DNA of 63,736 nucleotides, counting the filler, from Licmophora abbreviata (lineage: Eukaryota): the NCBI GenBank assembly GCA_900291995.1. It is 22 parts of 22 records of this genome, joined end to end, with 100 filler letters (N's around TTAATTAATTAA, not from the genome) between each part and the next. Parts side by side here need not be neighbours in the genome. Positions count along the whole stretch, not along the records: positions 26,452 to 28,454 come from OLMU01002827.1; positions 28,555 to 31,470 come from OLMU01002829.1; positions 31,571 to 37,685 come from OLMU01002830.1; 19 more parts are not named here. One strand, written 5' to 3'. The notes beneath the pieces are model-generated. The model saw only the letters and a list, made by a program, of their open reading frames with translations, searched no databases and had not been told where the DNA came from. A program made the position numbers and the translations under genes. This document shows positions 26,352-37,040 of the stretch, one piece after another (within the stretch, counting starts at the first letter, position 1; the number at the start of each line of letters is the position of its first letter).

Positions 26352-26451
26352 NNNNNNNNNNNNNNNNNNNNNNNNNNNNNNNNNNNNNNNNNNNNTTAAT
26401 TAATTAANNNNNNNNNNNNNNNNNNNNNNNNNNNNNNNNNNNNNNNNNNNN

Positions 26452-26535
26452 CCGGAAACAGGCATTGGCCGCCGCGATCAGATCGCCGCTGGTATCCGCC
26501 AAAGTCCCGTCCAGATCGAAAACCACAGTCCGCAT
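26452..26535 (-). CDS. gph: HAD hydrolase, probable phosphoglycolate phosphatase, N-terminal fragment
   Basis: MRTVVFDLDGTLADTSGDLIAAANACF; divergent from glmU. Confidence 0.75.
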
Positions 26536-26675
26536 CGCCGCCCGCCCCTTTGCCTTTGGTCTGCGCCCATCCGCGCCTGACTGACATATACCGCAATCTA
26601 GTGTGATCCAATGCGACCTTGCACAGCATCGGCAACCCGATAAAACGGGGGCCAGTCGACTGAGGAAAAGCCGGA

Positions 26676-28031
26676 ATGAGTACAGCCCTTGTCATCCTGG
26701 CCGCAGGTCAGGGCACACGCATGAACAGCGATCTGCCGAAAGTCCTGCATGAGGTGGCCGGGGCGCCGCTTCTGGTGCATGCCATGAAGGCCGGCGCCGC
26801 GCTCGAGCCTGACCGGACGGTGATCGTCGCGGGACATGGCGCCGAGGCAGTGGAAAAAGCCGCGCTCGCGCATGACGACAGCGTCGAAATCGCGATTCAG
26901 TCCGAGCAGAAGGGCACCGCGCATGCCGTCGCCCAAGCCGCTCCTCTGCTGGCCGGTCACACCGGGGATACCATTGTCCTTTACGGCGATACGCCTTTCA
27001 TCAGCACCGAGACGCTCGAACGGATGGCCAAGGCCCGTGCCAGACATGATGTGGTCGTTCTGGGTTTCAACGCGGCAGACCCCGCGCGCTATGGTCGGCT
27101 GGTCATGGACGGCGAGAGCCTTGAAAGGATTGTGGAATTCAAGGATGCAGATGAGGCCACCCGCGCCATTACCCTGTGTAATTCGGGCGTGATCGCAGCG
27201 CAGACCGCGACCCTTTTCAAGCTGATTGACGCGGTGGGAAATGACAATGCCAGCGGCGAATACTACCTGACCGACATCGTGGGACTCGCGCAGGCGCAGG
27301 GGCTTTCGGCCACCGCAATCCTGTGTGACGAGGCCGAGACACTGGGCATCAATTCACGCAGCGAACTGGCCTCGGCCGAGGCCGCCTTTCAGGCCCGCGC
27401 CCGCGCCGCGGCGCTGGAGGATGGTGTCACGCTGATGGCCCCGGACACGGTGCATTTCGCCGATGACACGGTGATCGGCCGCGATACGGTGATCGAGCAG
27501 AATGTCGTCTTCGGACCGGGTGTCACCATCGAGTCCGGTGCGCGTATCCGGGCATTCTCGCATCTCGAAGGCTGCCATGTGTCGCGTGGCGCGGTCGTCG
27601 GACCCTACGCCCGCCTGCGCCCCGGCGCCGAATTGGCGGAAGACACACGGATCGGCAACTTCGTCGAAATCAAGAACGCCATCATCGACGAAGGCGCCAA
27701 GGTCAATCACCTGAGCTATATCGGCGACGCGCATCTTGGCGCTGCGACCAATGTCGGCGCGGGCACGATCACCTGCAATTACGACGGCGTCATGAAACAC
27801 CATACCGAGATTGGCCGAAACGTCTTCATCGGATCGAACACCATGCTGGTCGCCCCGGTCACCATCGGGGATGATGCCATGACGGGATCCGGCTCGGTCA
27901 TCACGCGCAACGTGCCCGAAGGCGCCCTGGCGCTGGCGCGTAGCGCACAGGTGGATAAACCGGGGATGGCCCGTAAAATGTTTGAAATTCTAAAGGCCAA
28001 AAAGGCAAAACGCGATAAAGGGGCAGAATAA
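26676..28031 (+). CDS. glmU: Bifunctional UDP-GlcNAc pyrophosphorylase / GlcN-1-P acetyltransferase
   Basis: LAAGQGTRM, PKVLH, EYYLTD, GNFVEIK, HLSYIGD, CNYDG. Confidence 0.98.
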   Translation: MSTALVILAAGQGTRMNSDLPKVLHEVAGAPLLVHAMKAGAALEPDRTVIVAGHGAEAVEKAALAHDDSVEIAIQSEQKGTAHAVAQAAPLLAGHTGDTIVLYGDTPFISTETLERMAKARARHDVVVLGFNAADPARYGRLVMDGESLERIVEFKDADEATRAITLCNSGVIAAQTATLFKLIDAVGNDNASGEYYLTDIVGLAQAQGLSATAILCDEAETLGINSRSELASAEAAFQARARAAALEDGVTLMAPDTVHFADDTVIGRDTVIEQNVVFGPGVTIESGARIRAFSHLEGCHVSRGAVVGPYARLRPGAELAEDTRIGNFVEIKNAIIDEGAKVNHLSYIGDAHLGAATNVGAGTITCNYDGVMKHHTEIGRNVFIGSNTMLVAPVTIGDDAMTGSGSVITRNVPEGALALARSAQVDKPGMARKMFEILKAKKAKRDKGAE

Positions 28032-29227
28032 TGTGCGGTATTGTAGGGATCCTCGGGACGCATGAAGTTGCGCCGACACTGGTTGAGGCGCTGAGACGGC
28101 TGGAATATCGCGGCTATGACAGCGCCGGGATCGCCACGCTGAATGACGGCCGGCTGGATCGGCGGCGCGCGGTCGGCAAGCTGGTGAACCTGTCGGATCT
28201 GTTGGTGCATGAACCGCTGGCGGGCAAGGCCGGCATCGGCCACACAAGATGGGCCACCCATGGCGCGCCCAATCTGTCGAACACGCATCCACACCGCTCG
28301 GGTCCCGTGGCCGTGGTCCATAACGGGATCATCGAGAATTACCGAGACCTGCGCGCCGAACTGGCCGAAAAGGGCCTCAATCACGAGACGGACACTGATA
28401 CAGAAACGGTAGCCCTACTGACCCACTACCATCTCGAGCAGGGGAATGCCCCCCNNNNNNNNNNNNNNNNNNNNNNNNNNNNNNNNNNNNNNNNNNNNTT
28501 AATTAATTAANNNNNNNNNNNNNNNNNNNNNNNNNNNNNNNNNNNNNNNNNNNNGGCGCTGCCGATCCATGCCGGGGTTGAGATCGGGGTGGCGTCGACC
28601 AAGGCGTTCACCTGTCAGCTGACGGTGCTGTTGCTTTTGGCGATCAAGGCGGCCAAGGCACGTGGCACGCTGAGCGAGGATGCAGTCGCGGACCTCCTGT
28701 CCAAGCTGCGCGGCCTGCCGGCGACGATCAACATAGCGCTCGAGATGGACGACGACTTCAAGAAGGCCGCCCGGCGCCTTGCCGAAGCCGACAACGCCCT
28801 GTTTCTGGGCCGTGGCCTGATGTATCCACTGGCGCTTGAAGGGGCATTAAAACTAAAGGAAATCAGCTATATACACGCCGAAGCTTATGCATCGGGTGAA
28901 CTCAAGCACGGCCCCATCGCGCTGATTGACAAGCGCATGCCCGTGGTGGTCATGGCACCCCGCGACGCATTGTTCGACAAGACCGTTTCCAACATGCAGG
29001 AAGTGATGGCCCGCGATGGCAAGGTGATATTGATCACCGACCGGCGCGGCGCCGAAGCCGCGGATGGCGGCATATGGCGCCTGCTGACACTCCCCGAGGT
29101 GGACCCTGTTCTGAGCCCGATCCTCTATGCCATTCCCGCGCAGCTGCTGGCCTATCACACGGCCGTGGCCAAGGGGACGGATGTGGACCAGCCACGCAAC
29201 CTGGCCAAATCCGTTACGGTTGAATAG
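28031..29227 (+). CDS. glmS: Glutamine-fructose-6-phosphate transaminase (middle lost in gap 28455-28554)
   Basis: MCGIVG, GHTRWATHG, GELKHGP, PRNLAKSVTVE. Confidence 0.98.
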
Positions 29228-29243
29228 CCACAGCGCGCGGCCC

Positions 29244-31259
29244 TCACTCCCGCGTGGCGCAGGGCAGCCAGACCCGAAACCGGCTGCCTTTCCCAGGCGT
29301 GGATGTGACGGTGATCTGACCGCCGGCGCGGGTGACGAGGGTCTGGCTGATCGACAGGCCCAGACCCGTGCCCTCGGCCTGTTTGGTGGTAAAGAACGGA
29401 TCGAAAATCCGCTTGAGCACGGCTGCGTCGATCCCCTGTCCGGTGTCATCGACGCGGATCACAACCCCGCCGTCCTCGTCATGAACCCCGAGGCTCAGCC
29501 GGCCCTTCGCCCCCATGGCGTGAACCGCGTTGAGGATCAGGTTGACGACCACCTGCTGCAACTCGGTCCGCGACATGACCACTGTGTTTTCACTTGAGAA
29601 TTCCGTGACCACGTCGATATCGGCCACCTCGGTCTGGTGGCGGGTCAGGACAAGGCAATCGCGGACAACATTCACCGGTGAGATCACGTTGGCGGCCCCG
29701 GAATACTCTTCGGGCTTGGCGAATTGCAGCAGTTTCGAGACGATCACGCTGATCCTGTAGACCTGATCGTCGATCAGGCGGAATTCGGTCTGCACCTTGT
29801 CGGCGTCGCGGTCCAGAACACTGCGCGCGACATCCAGATTGCCTTGAATGACCGCGATCGGGTTGTTGATCTCATGGGCGACGCTGGCCGTGATTTCACC
29901 GACGGCGGCCAGTTTCTCGGACATGATGAGCCTTTCTGTCGTGCGTTCGAGCTTGTGATTGGCGTCGCGCAGATCGCGGGTCCGCTCTTCGACCTTGCGT
30001 TCAAGGCTTTCACCCCATTCCCTGAGCTGCCGGTCGCGTTCCTGAATGCGGTCGAGCAGCGTATCGAGATGGCCCGCGACCTGCGCAATTTCTCCGGTGC
30101 CATGGGAAGGCCGGTTGCGCGCGTCCATGTCGCCGGCCTCGACCCGCGCGATCGTCTGGGTCATGCGTTCGAGGGGCCGGAAAATGCGTCCGGCCCATCG
30201 CAGGAAGATTGGTACGGAAATCGCCGCGATCAGTACGAAAAGAACCATCACGGACAAGGCCGCGTTTTTCTTGGCGGCCTGAAACGGCGCTTCGAGAAAG
30301 CCGACATACAGCATTCCGACCCGTTTGCCGCGGCTGTCGACAATCGGCTCGTAGGCCGAAATATACCAATCATTGACCACGAAGGCGCGATTGAGCCACA
30401 CCTTTCCTTCGCCCAGAACCCGATCACGCACCTCTGCCGAGACGCGCGTTCCAAGGGCGCGCACATTTTCGAACAGCCGCACATTCGTCGAGACGCGCAC
30501 ATCATCCAGAAAAAGTGTTGCTGTGCCCTGACTTCCTTCTGGCAGGCTTTGTTCACGATAAACCAGTGCGTTGATTGTATCGATAAAGCTTAAGTTCCGG
30601 TTAAGCAGAAGCCCGCCCACCAGAGCGCCGGGGCGATTGTCGGCAAGGCGGAGGGGGGCGGCGGAGTGGATGATCATGCCACGGTCCTCGACCGAGCGGT
30701 CGGTGGGGACGGCGGCGACGGTGGGAACAAGGCGGATCGCGGCCCAGGCATCAAGGCCTGCGGACACGGCGTTGAGGTCGCGGGCGGAGAAGATATCCAC
30801 GGCGCTGCGCCAAGTTCCATCAAGGGCGCTGCGGATCACCGGCCAGTCGGAGGGGGTAAACCCGGCAGGCGTGGTGCGACCATCAGTGACATAGAGAAAA
30901 TCGAGCCCAAGCGCCCTGCGCTGCGTCTCGAGCAGGGTGGCAAGGGCCGCCTCATCCCCTAAGGCATCGCGCAGCGCCACGGAATTGGCAAAGCCGTCCA
31001 GACGTTCTCCCGAGTTCTGGAGGAGCTGGCCAAGATACTGATTTGCAATGGTAAGATCGCCGTTCACCTTGGTGGTCAGGATCTCGTCGATCTTGCCGCC
31101 CCATCGCATCATGGTGCTGCCCAGCATCACCGGAACAAGCACCAGCATCGGCAAGAGCGCGATCACCAGAAGCCGGACGCGAACCGAGCGGAACACGGCG
31201 CGCCACATCGTGTCCTGCGCGGCATCTTGGGGCGGCGTGTCTGGCTGGGGGGTGGTCAC
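29244..31259 (-). CDS. Sensor histidine kinase (TM, Cache-type periplasmic sensor, TM, HAMP, HisKA, HATPase)
   Basis: SEKLAAVG...AHEINNP, NLILNA, DTGQGI, FDPFFTTK, GTGLGLS; GTG start after GGAGG. Confidence 0.93.
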   Translation of the reverse strand: MTTPQPDTPPQDAAQDTMWRAVFRSVRVRLLVIALLPMLVLVPVMLGSTMMRWGGKIDEILTTKVNGDLTIANQYLGQLLQNSGERLDGFANSVALRDALGDEAALATLLETQRRALGLDFLYVTDGRTTPAGFTPSDWPVIRSALDGTWRSAVDIFSARDLNAVSAGLDAWAAIRLVPTVAAVPTDRSVEDRGMIIHSAAPLRLADNRPGALVGGLLLNRNLSFIDTINALVYREQSLPEGSQGTATLFLDDVRVSTNVRLFENVRALGTRVSAEVRDRVLGEGKVWLNRAFVVNDWYISAYEPIVDSRGKRVGMLYVGFLEAPFQAAKKNAALSVMVLFVLIAAISVPIFLRWAGRIFRPLERMTQTIARVEAGDMDARNRPSHGTGEIAQVAGHLDTLLDRIQERDRQLREWGESLERKVEERTRDLRDANHKLERTTERLIMSEKLAAVGEITASVAHEINNPIAVIQGNLDVARSVLDRDADKVQTEFRLIDDQVYRISVIVSKLLQFAKPEEYSGAANVISPVNVVRDCLVLTRHQTEVADIDVVTEFSSENTVVMSRTELQQVVVNLILNAVHAMGAKGRLSLGVHDEDGGVVIRVDDTGQGIDAAVLKRIFDPFFTTKQAEGTGLGLSISQTLVTRAGGQITVTSTPGKGSRFRVWLPCATRE

Positions 31260-31386
31260 CTGATCCTCCATCTGGGTCACAGGCGCATAATCGCGGATCG
31301 GGGGCGGTGGTCCAGCGTTTTTCGGCAAGACCGGGGCGAATCATCCATCAAGCCGTTGATTAACGGGCAAAAACAGGGATCAGCAT

Positions 31387-31420
31387 TACGTCGGTAAAAC
31401 GTCGGTATCGCGTCGGTATC
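31387..31420 (-). repeat. 11-bp tandem repeat element, copy B (3 units plus a degenerate fourth)
   Basis: Minus strand: ATACCGACGCG ATACCGACGTT TTACCGACGTA. Confidence 0.85.
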
Positions 31421-31594
31421 GAAGGCCGACAGAGGCTGGGTTAACAGCCCGCACGGCGCGGGGCGCCGGANNNNNNNNNNNNNNNNNNNNNNNNNNNNNN
31501 NNNNNNNNNNNNNNTTAATTAATTAANNNNNNNNNNNNNNNNNNNNNNNNNNNNNNNNNNNNNNNNNNNNCGGGGCGCCGGAGCGCGCAACGGA

Positions 31595-32107
31595 TCACTG
31601 CGCGAGACGGATCACACGCAATTCCGGAAGGGCCGTCAAATCGGCCTCAAGCAGGCGCATCGCGGCGAGGGAAATCTGACTTCCTGCCCCTTTTTCGGCG
31701 TCGAGCGGGATGAGATCGACCACCACGGACGTGCCTTTGGCGGGATAGTCTAAACGCCCCTTGGCCGGGCTGTCGACCAGCGGTGTACGCAGCCAAAAGC
31801 CGGGTTCGCCCGGCGCCCCCAGAGAGGCGATGGTGGTGCCGAGATCGGTGGCACCGGCGGCTGCGCTGGCCGCATCGACGCGGGCGGCGCGGCGTTCGTC
31901 CTCGGTCGTGGTGTCGAATGCCTCGGGGGTGCGGGCCGCACCGGACAAGAGAGAGGCGTCGGGCCGCGGTTCCGGGCGGGGCTGGTCGGTGGCGGGCGCT
32001 GCGGCCTGCGGCTCAGACGGGCCGCGCTCGCGGTCAAATAGTCCCTCGACCTGCGCGCAGCCGCTCAGGAGAATACCCAGAATGACGGTTCGAAACGCTG
32101 TTTTCAT
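31595..32107 (-). CDS. Conserved hypothetical lipoprotein
   Basis: Lipobox [23 protein letters not shown]; divergent from moaA. Confidence 0.8.
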   Translation of the reverse strand: MKTAFRTVILGILLSGCAQVEGLFDRERGPSEPQAAAPATDQPRPEPRPDASLLSGAARTPEAFDTTTEDERRAARVDAASAAAGATDLGTTIASLGAPGEPGFWLRTPLVDSPAKGRLDYPAKGTSVVVDLIPLDAEKGAGSQISLAAMRLLEADLTALPELRVIRLAQ

Positions 32108-32204
32108 AAGAGGACTTTACGCCCGGGCTCAACTGCCTTCAATGACAAGATCGCGCCCAACTCCGGGGTTGCCCATCGCCACGCGAACACATAGGTTTTC
32201 AGCC

Positions 32205-33212
32205 ATGACCGCACCTCTGATAGATCCTTTCCAGCGCGCGATCTCTTACCTGCGCGTTTCGGTGACCGACCGCTGCGATTTCCGCTGTGTCTATTGCATG
32301 TCGGAAAACATGACATTCCTCCCCAAAAAGGAACTTCTGACGCTCGAAGAACTGGACCGTATGTGTTCGACCTTCGTGCGGATGGGCGTGGAGAAGCTGC
32401 GGATCACCGGCGGAGAGCCGCTGGTGCGCAAGGGGATCATGACGTTTTTCAATGCCATGACCCGGCATCTGGAGTCGGGCGATCTGAAGGAGCTCACGCT
32501 GACCACCAATGGCAGTCAGCTGGAGCGCTTCGCCGATGATCTTTTTGCGGCGGGTGTGCGGCGGGTCAATGTCTCGCTCGATACGCTGGATGACAAGAAA
32601 TTCGCCGAGATCACCCGCTGGGGCCGTCTGTCTCAGGTCATCAATGGCATTGACGCGGCGCAGCGCGCCGGGCTGCGGGTGAAGATCAACACCGTGGCGT
32701 TGAAGGATTTCAACGAGAGCGAGCTATTCACGCTGGTCGAGTGGTGCAAGAGCCGCGACATGGACCTGACCTTTATCGAGGTCATGCCGATGGGCGATAT
32801 CGGCAACGAGGACCGGCTGGGCCAATACTGGAAGCTGAGCGATCTGCGCGCCGAGTTGGCGACACGCTACAGCCTGACCGAGTTGACCGAGCGCACCGGC
32901 GGGCCAGCGCGCTATGTGCGGCTGGAGGAGACGGGCCAGAAGATCGGCTTCATCACGCCGCTCACGCATAATTTCTGCGAAAGCTGCAACCGGGTGCGTC
33001 TGACCTGCACCGGGGAGTTGTATATGTGCCTTGGCCAAGAGGACATGGCCGATCTGCGCGCCCCTCTGCGCAACAATCCCGGCAGTGATGCCATGCTGGA
33101 AGAGGCCATTCGCGCGGCGATCCTGCGCAAACCGAAGGGGCATGATTTCGACTATTCCCGCCAGACGGTCGATGGGCGGGTGTCACGCCACATGAGCCAC
33201 ACCGGCGGCTGA
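32205..33212 (+). CDS. moaA: GTP 3',8-cyclase (Moco biosynthesis)
   Basis: CDFRCVYC radical SAM motif, [10 protein letters not shown]-terminal MSHTGG. Confidence 0.98.
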   Translation: MTAPLIDPFQRAISYLRVSVTDRCDFRCVYCMSENMTFLPKKELLTLEELDRMCSTFVRMGVEKLRITGGEPLVRKGIMTFFNAMTRHLESGDLKELTLTTNGSQLERFADDLFAAGVRRVNVSLDTLDDKKFAEITRWGRLSQVINGIDAAQRAGLRVKINTVALKDFNESELFTLVEWCKSRDMDLTFIEVMPMGDIGNEDRLGQYWKLSDLRAELATRYSLTELTERTGGPARYVRLEETGQKIGFITPLTHNFCESCNRVRLTCTGELYMCLGQEDMADLRAPLRNNPGSDAMLEEAIRAAILRKPKGHDFDYSRQTVDGRVSRHMSHTGG

Positions 33213-33219
33213 TGCAGCC

Positions 33220-34500
33220 ATGGGCCGCCGGCCGGTTCCCTTGCGTCTTTATGCGGTCGCGGCGAACATGCTGGCCCCTGTCGCCTATGGCCGGGTCCGG
33301 GCCAAGCTGCGCGAGCATGGCACCGATCCGGTGCGCATCCGGGAACGGCTGGGACATCCCACGACGGACAGGCCCGACGGGCGGCTGATCTGGTTTCACG
33401 CGGCAAGCGTCGGCGAAAGCCTGTCGGTGCTGCGCCTGATCGCGCATATGGGTCAGACGCATGATGACTGGAATTTTCTCATCACCTCGGGCACGGCGAC
33501 ATCGGGCAAGATCCTGAGCGACAGGCTGCCGGATCGCTGTGTGCATCAATTCGCGCCGCTTGACAGCCGCGCCGCGGTGCAGCGGTTTCTGGCGCATTGG
33601 AAACCTGATCTGGCGGTGTTCGTGGAAAGCGAGTTCTGGCCGCAAATGCTGTGCCTGACGCATGCCGGGGGCGTGCCGATGGCGCTGATCAATGCGCGCC
33701 TGTCGGATCGCTCGGTGCGCGGCTGGCAGAGGTTCGGGGCAACTGCGCGGCATCTCTTGGGGGTATTTTCGCTGATCCATTGTCAGGACCGCAGAACCGA
33801 GGCCAACTTGAGGCACTTGGGGATGGCGCATGCAAAGGCGGGGCGCAACCTCAAGTCGCTGTCCGGGCCATTGCCGGTGGATGAGCCAAAGCTGCATGCG
33901 ATGCGGGAGGCCATCGCCGGGCGCCCCCTGTGGCTGGCAAGCTCGACCCATCCGGGAGAGGACGAGATCATGATCGAGGCGCATCGGGCGCTTCTGATGG
34001 ATCATCCGGACCTGCTGCTGGTGCTTGTGCCGCGCCATCCCGAGAGGGCCGAGGCGATTGCCGGGCTGGCAAGGGCAAGCGGGCTGCGCATCACGCAGCG
34101 TTCGGCGGCGGAGATGCCGGAGGACGGGACAGAGGTCTATCTGGCCGATACGCTTGGAGAGACCGGGCTTTGGTATGCGCTGTGCCCGATCACCTGCCTG
34201 TGCGGGTCTTTTGTGCCGGTGGGCGGGCACAACCCCTATGAGCCGGCGCAGGCGGGCTCGGCGCTGCTGCATGGCCCGCTGCATGCCAATTTCGCCGACA
34301 CCTACGGCGAATTGCACGAGGCGGGCGCCAGCACGCAAGTAGAGGGGGCCGAGGCGCTTGCGGCTGCGGTGAACCGGTTCTTGCGAGACGGTGCCGCGCT
34401 GACGCAGGCGCGGCAAGCGATCAGCGGTTTTTCCAAGGGTCAGGAGGATGCGCTGGATGCGCTGGCGCTGGACCTTTCGGCGCTGGTCGATCCGGTGTAA
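33220..34500 (+). CDS. waaA: Kdo transferase
   Basis: IWFHAASVGE, ESEFWP, ASSTHPGE, VPRHPER, GGHNPYEPA. Confidence 0.95.
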   Translation: MGRRPVPLRLYAVAANMLAPVAYGRVRAKLREHGTDPVRIRERLGHPTTDRPDGRLIWFHAASVGESLSVLRLIAHMGQTHDDWNFLITSGTATSGKILSDRLPDRCVHQFAPLDSRAAVQRFLAHWKPDLAVFVESEFWPQMLCLTHAGGVPMALINARLSDRSVRGWQRFGATARHLLGVFSLIHCQDRRTEANLRHLGMAHAKAGRNLKSLSGPLPVDEPKLHAMREAIAGRPLWLASSTHPGEDEIMIEAHRALLMDHPDLLLVLVPRHPERAEAIAGLARASGLRITQRSAAEMPEDGTEVYLADTLGETGLWYALCPITCLCGSFVPVGGHNPYEPAQAGSALLHGPLHANFADTYGELHEAGASTQVEGAEALAAAVNRFLRDGAALTQARQAISGFSKGQEDALDALALDLSALVDPV

Positions 34501-34536
34501 GAGCCGGGCCTGAGACACCAGCCCGAGGCCTGCCCC

Positions 34537-35583
34537 ATGCCCCATCCTGCCGATTCCATCGACGTGATCGCCCCGAATTTCAAGGCGCGGATGTCGGGGG
34601 TCACGTCCACGGTGTTCCGGCTGGTGCCGATTCAGGCGCGCGAGATGCGGATTGCCAGCAGCGGGCCGAAGATCCCCGAAGATATCCCGCAGATCCCGGT
34701 ATCGAGTCTTGTGACCATGAGCCGGAGGCGGCGCGTCTGGCACGCGAGGCGCAACAACGAGATGCTGGCGGGGATCGCGCTCAGGCGGCTTTTGGGCAAG
34801 GATCTCAAGCTGATGTTCACCTCGGCGGCACAGCGCGATCACAAGGCGCTGACCAAGTGGATGATCCGGCAGATGGATCGCGTGGTGGCGACCTCGGCCC
34901 GCTCGGCGGCGTTTCTGGAGGTGCCCGCACAGGTGATCCATCACGGCATAGATGCCGAACGCTTCGCGCCCCACCCCGACAGGGGGGCGCTGCGCCGCGA
35001 TCTGGGCCTGCCCGAGGGCAAGGTGCTGGTGGGCTGTTTCGGGCGGATCAGGCCGCAGAAGGGCAATGATCTGTTTATCGACATGATGCTGCGCCTGCTG
35101 CCTGCGCGCCCCGATGTAGTGGCGGTGATGATGGGCGGTGTGACCGATCAGTTCCGCGACTTTCACAAGGGGTTGGTGGACAAGGTGGCCGCGGCGGGAC
35201 TGCAGGAACGGGTGCTGTTCCTGCCCGAAGATCCGCACTGGGATGTGTCGCGCTGGTTCAAGGCGCTGGATCTCTATGTGGCGCCGCAACGGTGGGAGGG
35301 GTTCGGGCTGACCCCGCTGGAGGCGATGGCGTGTGCCGTGCCGGTGGTGGCGACGCGCGCAGGCGCTTTCGAGGAGCTGGTGCAGGACGGGCAGACCGGA
35401 ACGCTGGTGGATATCGAGGATCTGGACGCAATGACCGAGGCCACCGCCCGCCTGCTGGATGACGCGGCCCTGCGCGCCGACTGGTCCGCCAACGCCCGCG
35501 CCCATAGTGCCGCCCATTGCCGGATCGAGCAGGAGGCCGAGGCCTTGTGCCGGATCTATCGCGAGCTGCTGGACGAGGCGTGA
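34537..35583 (+). CDS. GT4 glycosyltransferase, LPS core LpcC/LpsB-like
   Basis: APNFKARMSGVTST, WHARRNNEM, GRIRPQKG, EGFGLTPLEAMA. Confidence 0.9.
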   Translation: MPHPADSIDVIAPNFKARMSGVTSTVFRLVPIQAREMRIASSGPKIPEDIPQIPVSSLVTMSRRRRVWHARRNNEMLAGIALRRLLGKDLKLMFTSAAQRDHKALTKWMIRQMDRVVATSARSAAFLEVPAQVIHHGIDAERFAPHPDRGALRRDLGLPEGKVLVGCFGRIRPQKGNDLFIDMMLRLLPARPDVVAVMMGGVTDQFRDFHKGLVDKVAAAGLQERVLFLPEDPHWDVSRWFKALDLYVAPQRWEGFGLTPLEAMACAVPVVATRAGAFEELVQDGQTGTLVDIEDLDAMTEATARLLDDAALRADWSANARAHSAAHCRIEQEAEALCRIYRELLDEA

Positions 35584-35601
35584 GCGCGCGGTGCTGCGGC
35601 C

Positions 35602-36765
35602 TTAGCCCAAGGGCATGCGTTGCTCGACGATCCCGGCCCACCAGCTGCATCCGGTGGGGATCACCCCATCGTTGAAATCATAGTCCGGGCTATGGACCAT
35701 GGCGGTGTCGCCATTGCCCATCAGGATATAGGCGCCGGGGCGTTCCTCGAGCATGAAGGCGAAATCCTCGCCGCCCATGACCAGCGGCGCGTCCTCGCAT
35801 TGGCCGGTGATGGTGCGCGCGACGGAGGCCGCGAATTCGGTCTGTTCCTCGTGATTGACCATCACCGGGTAGTTGCGTTCATAGTCAAGCCGCCCGGTCG
35901 CGCCGAAGCCTGCGGGGATCGTCTCGCAGAGCGCCTGCATGCGGGCTTCGACCTGATCGCGGACCTTGGCGCTGAGGGTGCGGACGGTGCCCATCATCTC
36001 CACCCGGCTGGGGATCACGTTGAAGGCGTCCGAGCTGGTCTTGAAGGCGGTGACCGACACCACCGCCTGTTCGGTCGGATCGATATTGCGGCTGACGATG
36101 CTTTGCAAAGCCAGCACCAGATGGCTGGCGACCACGGTGGGATCGATCGTGTCATGGGGTTTGGCGGCATGGCCGCCCTGCCCTTCGATCACGATCTCGA
36201 ACTTGTCGGTGGCCGCGAAGAACGGACCCGGGCGGATCGCGAACATCCCCTCGGGCACGCCGGGCCAGTTGTGCATGCCGTAGACTTCCTGAATGCCGAA
36301 GCGGTCCATAAGCCCGTCGGCGCACATCTCGCGGCCGCCGCCGCCACCTTCTTCGGCGGGCTGGAAGATCACGACGCAGGTGCCATCGAAATTACGTGTC
36401 TCGGCAAGGTATTGCGCGGCACCCAGAAGCATCGCGGTATGCCCGTCATGGCCGCAGGCATGCATCTTGCCGGGGGTCTGGCTGGCATAGTCCACCCCTG
36501 TCACCTCGTGGATGGGCAGCGCGTCCATGTCGGCACGCAGTCCGATCACCCGGCCCGATCCGGTCTGATTGCCCTTGATGACGCCCACGACGCCGGTGCG
36601 CCCCAGCCCCGTGACCACCTCGTCGCAGCCAAAGGCGCGCAGCTTCTCGGCCACCAGTGCCGCCGTGCGATGCGTGTCAAAGAGGAGTTCCGGGTTCGCG
36701 TGGATATCGCGTCGCCAGGCGGTGATGTCGTCATGGAGTTCGGCGAACCGGTTCTTCACGGGCAT
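35602..36765 (-). CDS. M20D amidohydrolase (hippurate hydrolase-like)
   Basis: LRADMDALP, MHACGHDGH, FQPAEE, MGGEDF. Confidence 0.94.
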   Translation of the reverse strand: MPVKNRFAELHDDITAWRRDIHANPELLFDTHRTAALVAEKLRAFGCDEVVTGLGRTGVVGVIKGNQTGSGRVIGLRADMDALPIHEVTGVDYASQTPGKMHACGHDGHTAMLLGAAQYLAETRNFDGTCVVIFQPAEEGGGGGREMCADGLMDRFGIQEVYGMHNWPGVPEGMFAIRPGPFFAATDKFEIVIEGQGGHAAKPHDTIDPTVVASHLVLALQSIVSRNIDPTEQAVVSVTAFKTSSDAFNVIPSRVEMMGTVRTLSAKVRDQVEARMQALCETIPAGFGATGRLDYERNYPVMVNHEEQTEFAASVARTITGQCEDAPLVMGGEDFAFMLEERPGAYILMGNGDTAMVHSPDYDFNDGVIPTGCSWWAGIVEQRMPLG

Positions 36766-37040
36766 GGGTGCATCCTTTGTTTCCGGGCGATGACGGCGCG
36801 GCGCAATCCGCGGTCCATCGCCTCTGTGCAGGGCCGACGGTCAAGGCGCGCCTCGCAAACCGAACGCTACAGCGGCAGACCGGATGCGTCAAACAGCATG
36901 CGAGGGTCGGGCGGGCATCCCGACCACTGGTCAGCCTTGCATTTGCCGGCAGGAAAGAGTGACGTAATTAAACAAGTATCGGCGGCATCGCGCAAGCGGT
37001 GCCAGTCTGCGTATCGGTTTGACGAGTGAAGGGGTCCAGT

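Noticed and set aside
32962..35517. 851-aa minus-strand ORF and similar long antisense ORFs (417-2114, 3499-5190, 23942-25411, 47832-49337)
   Set aside because: Shadow frames of real genes caused by high-GC codon bias; Arg/His/Gln-rich with no motifs
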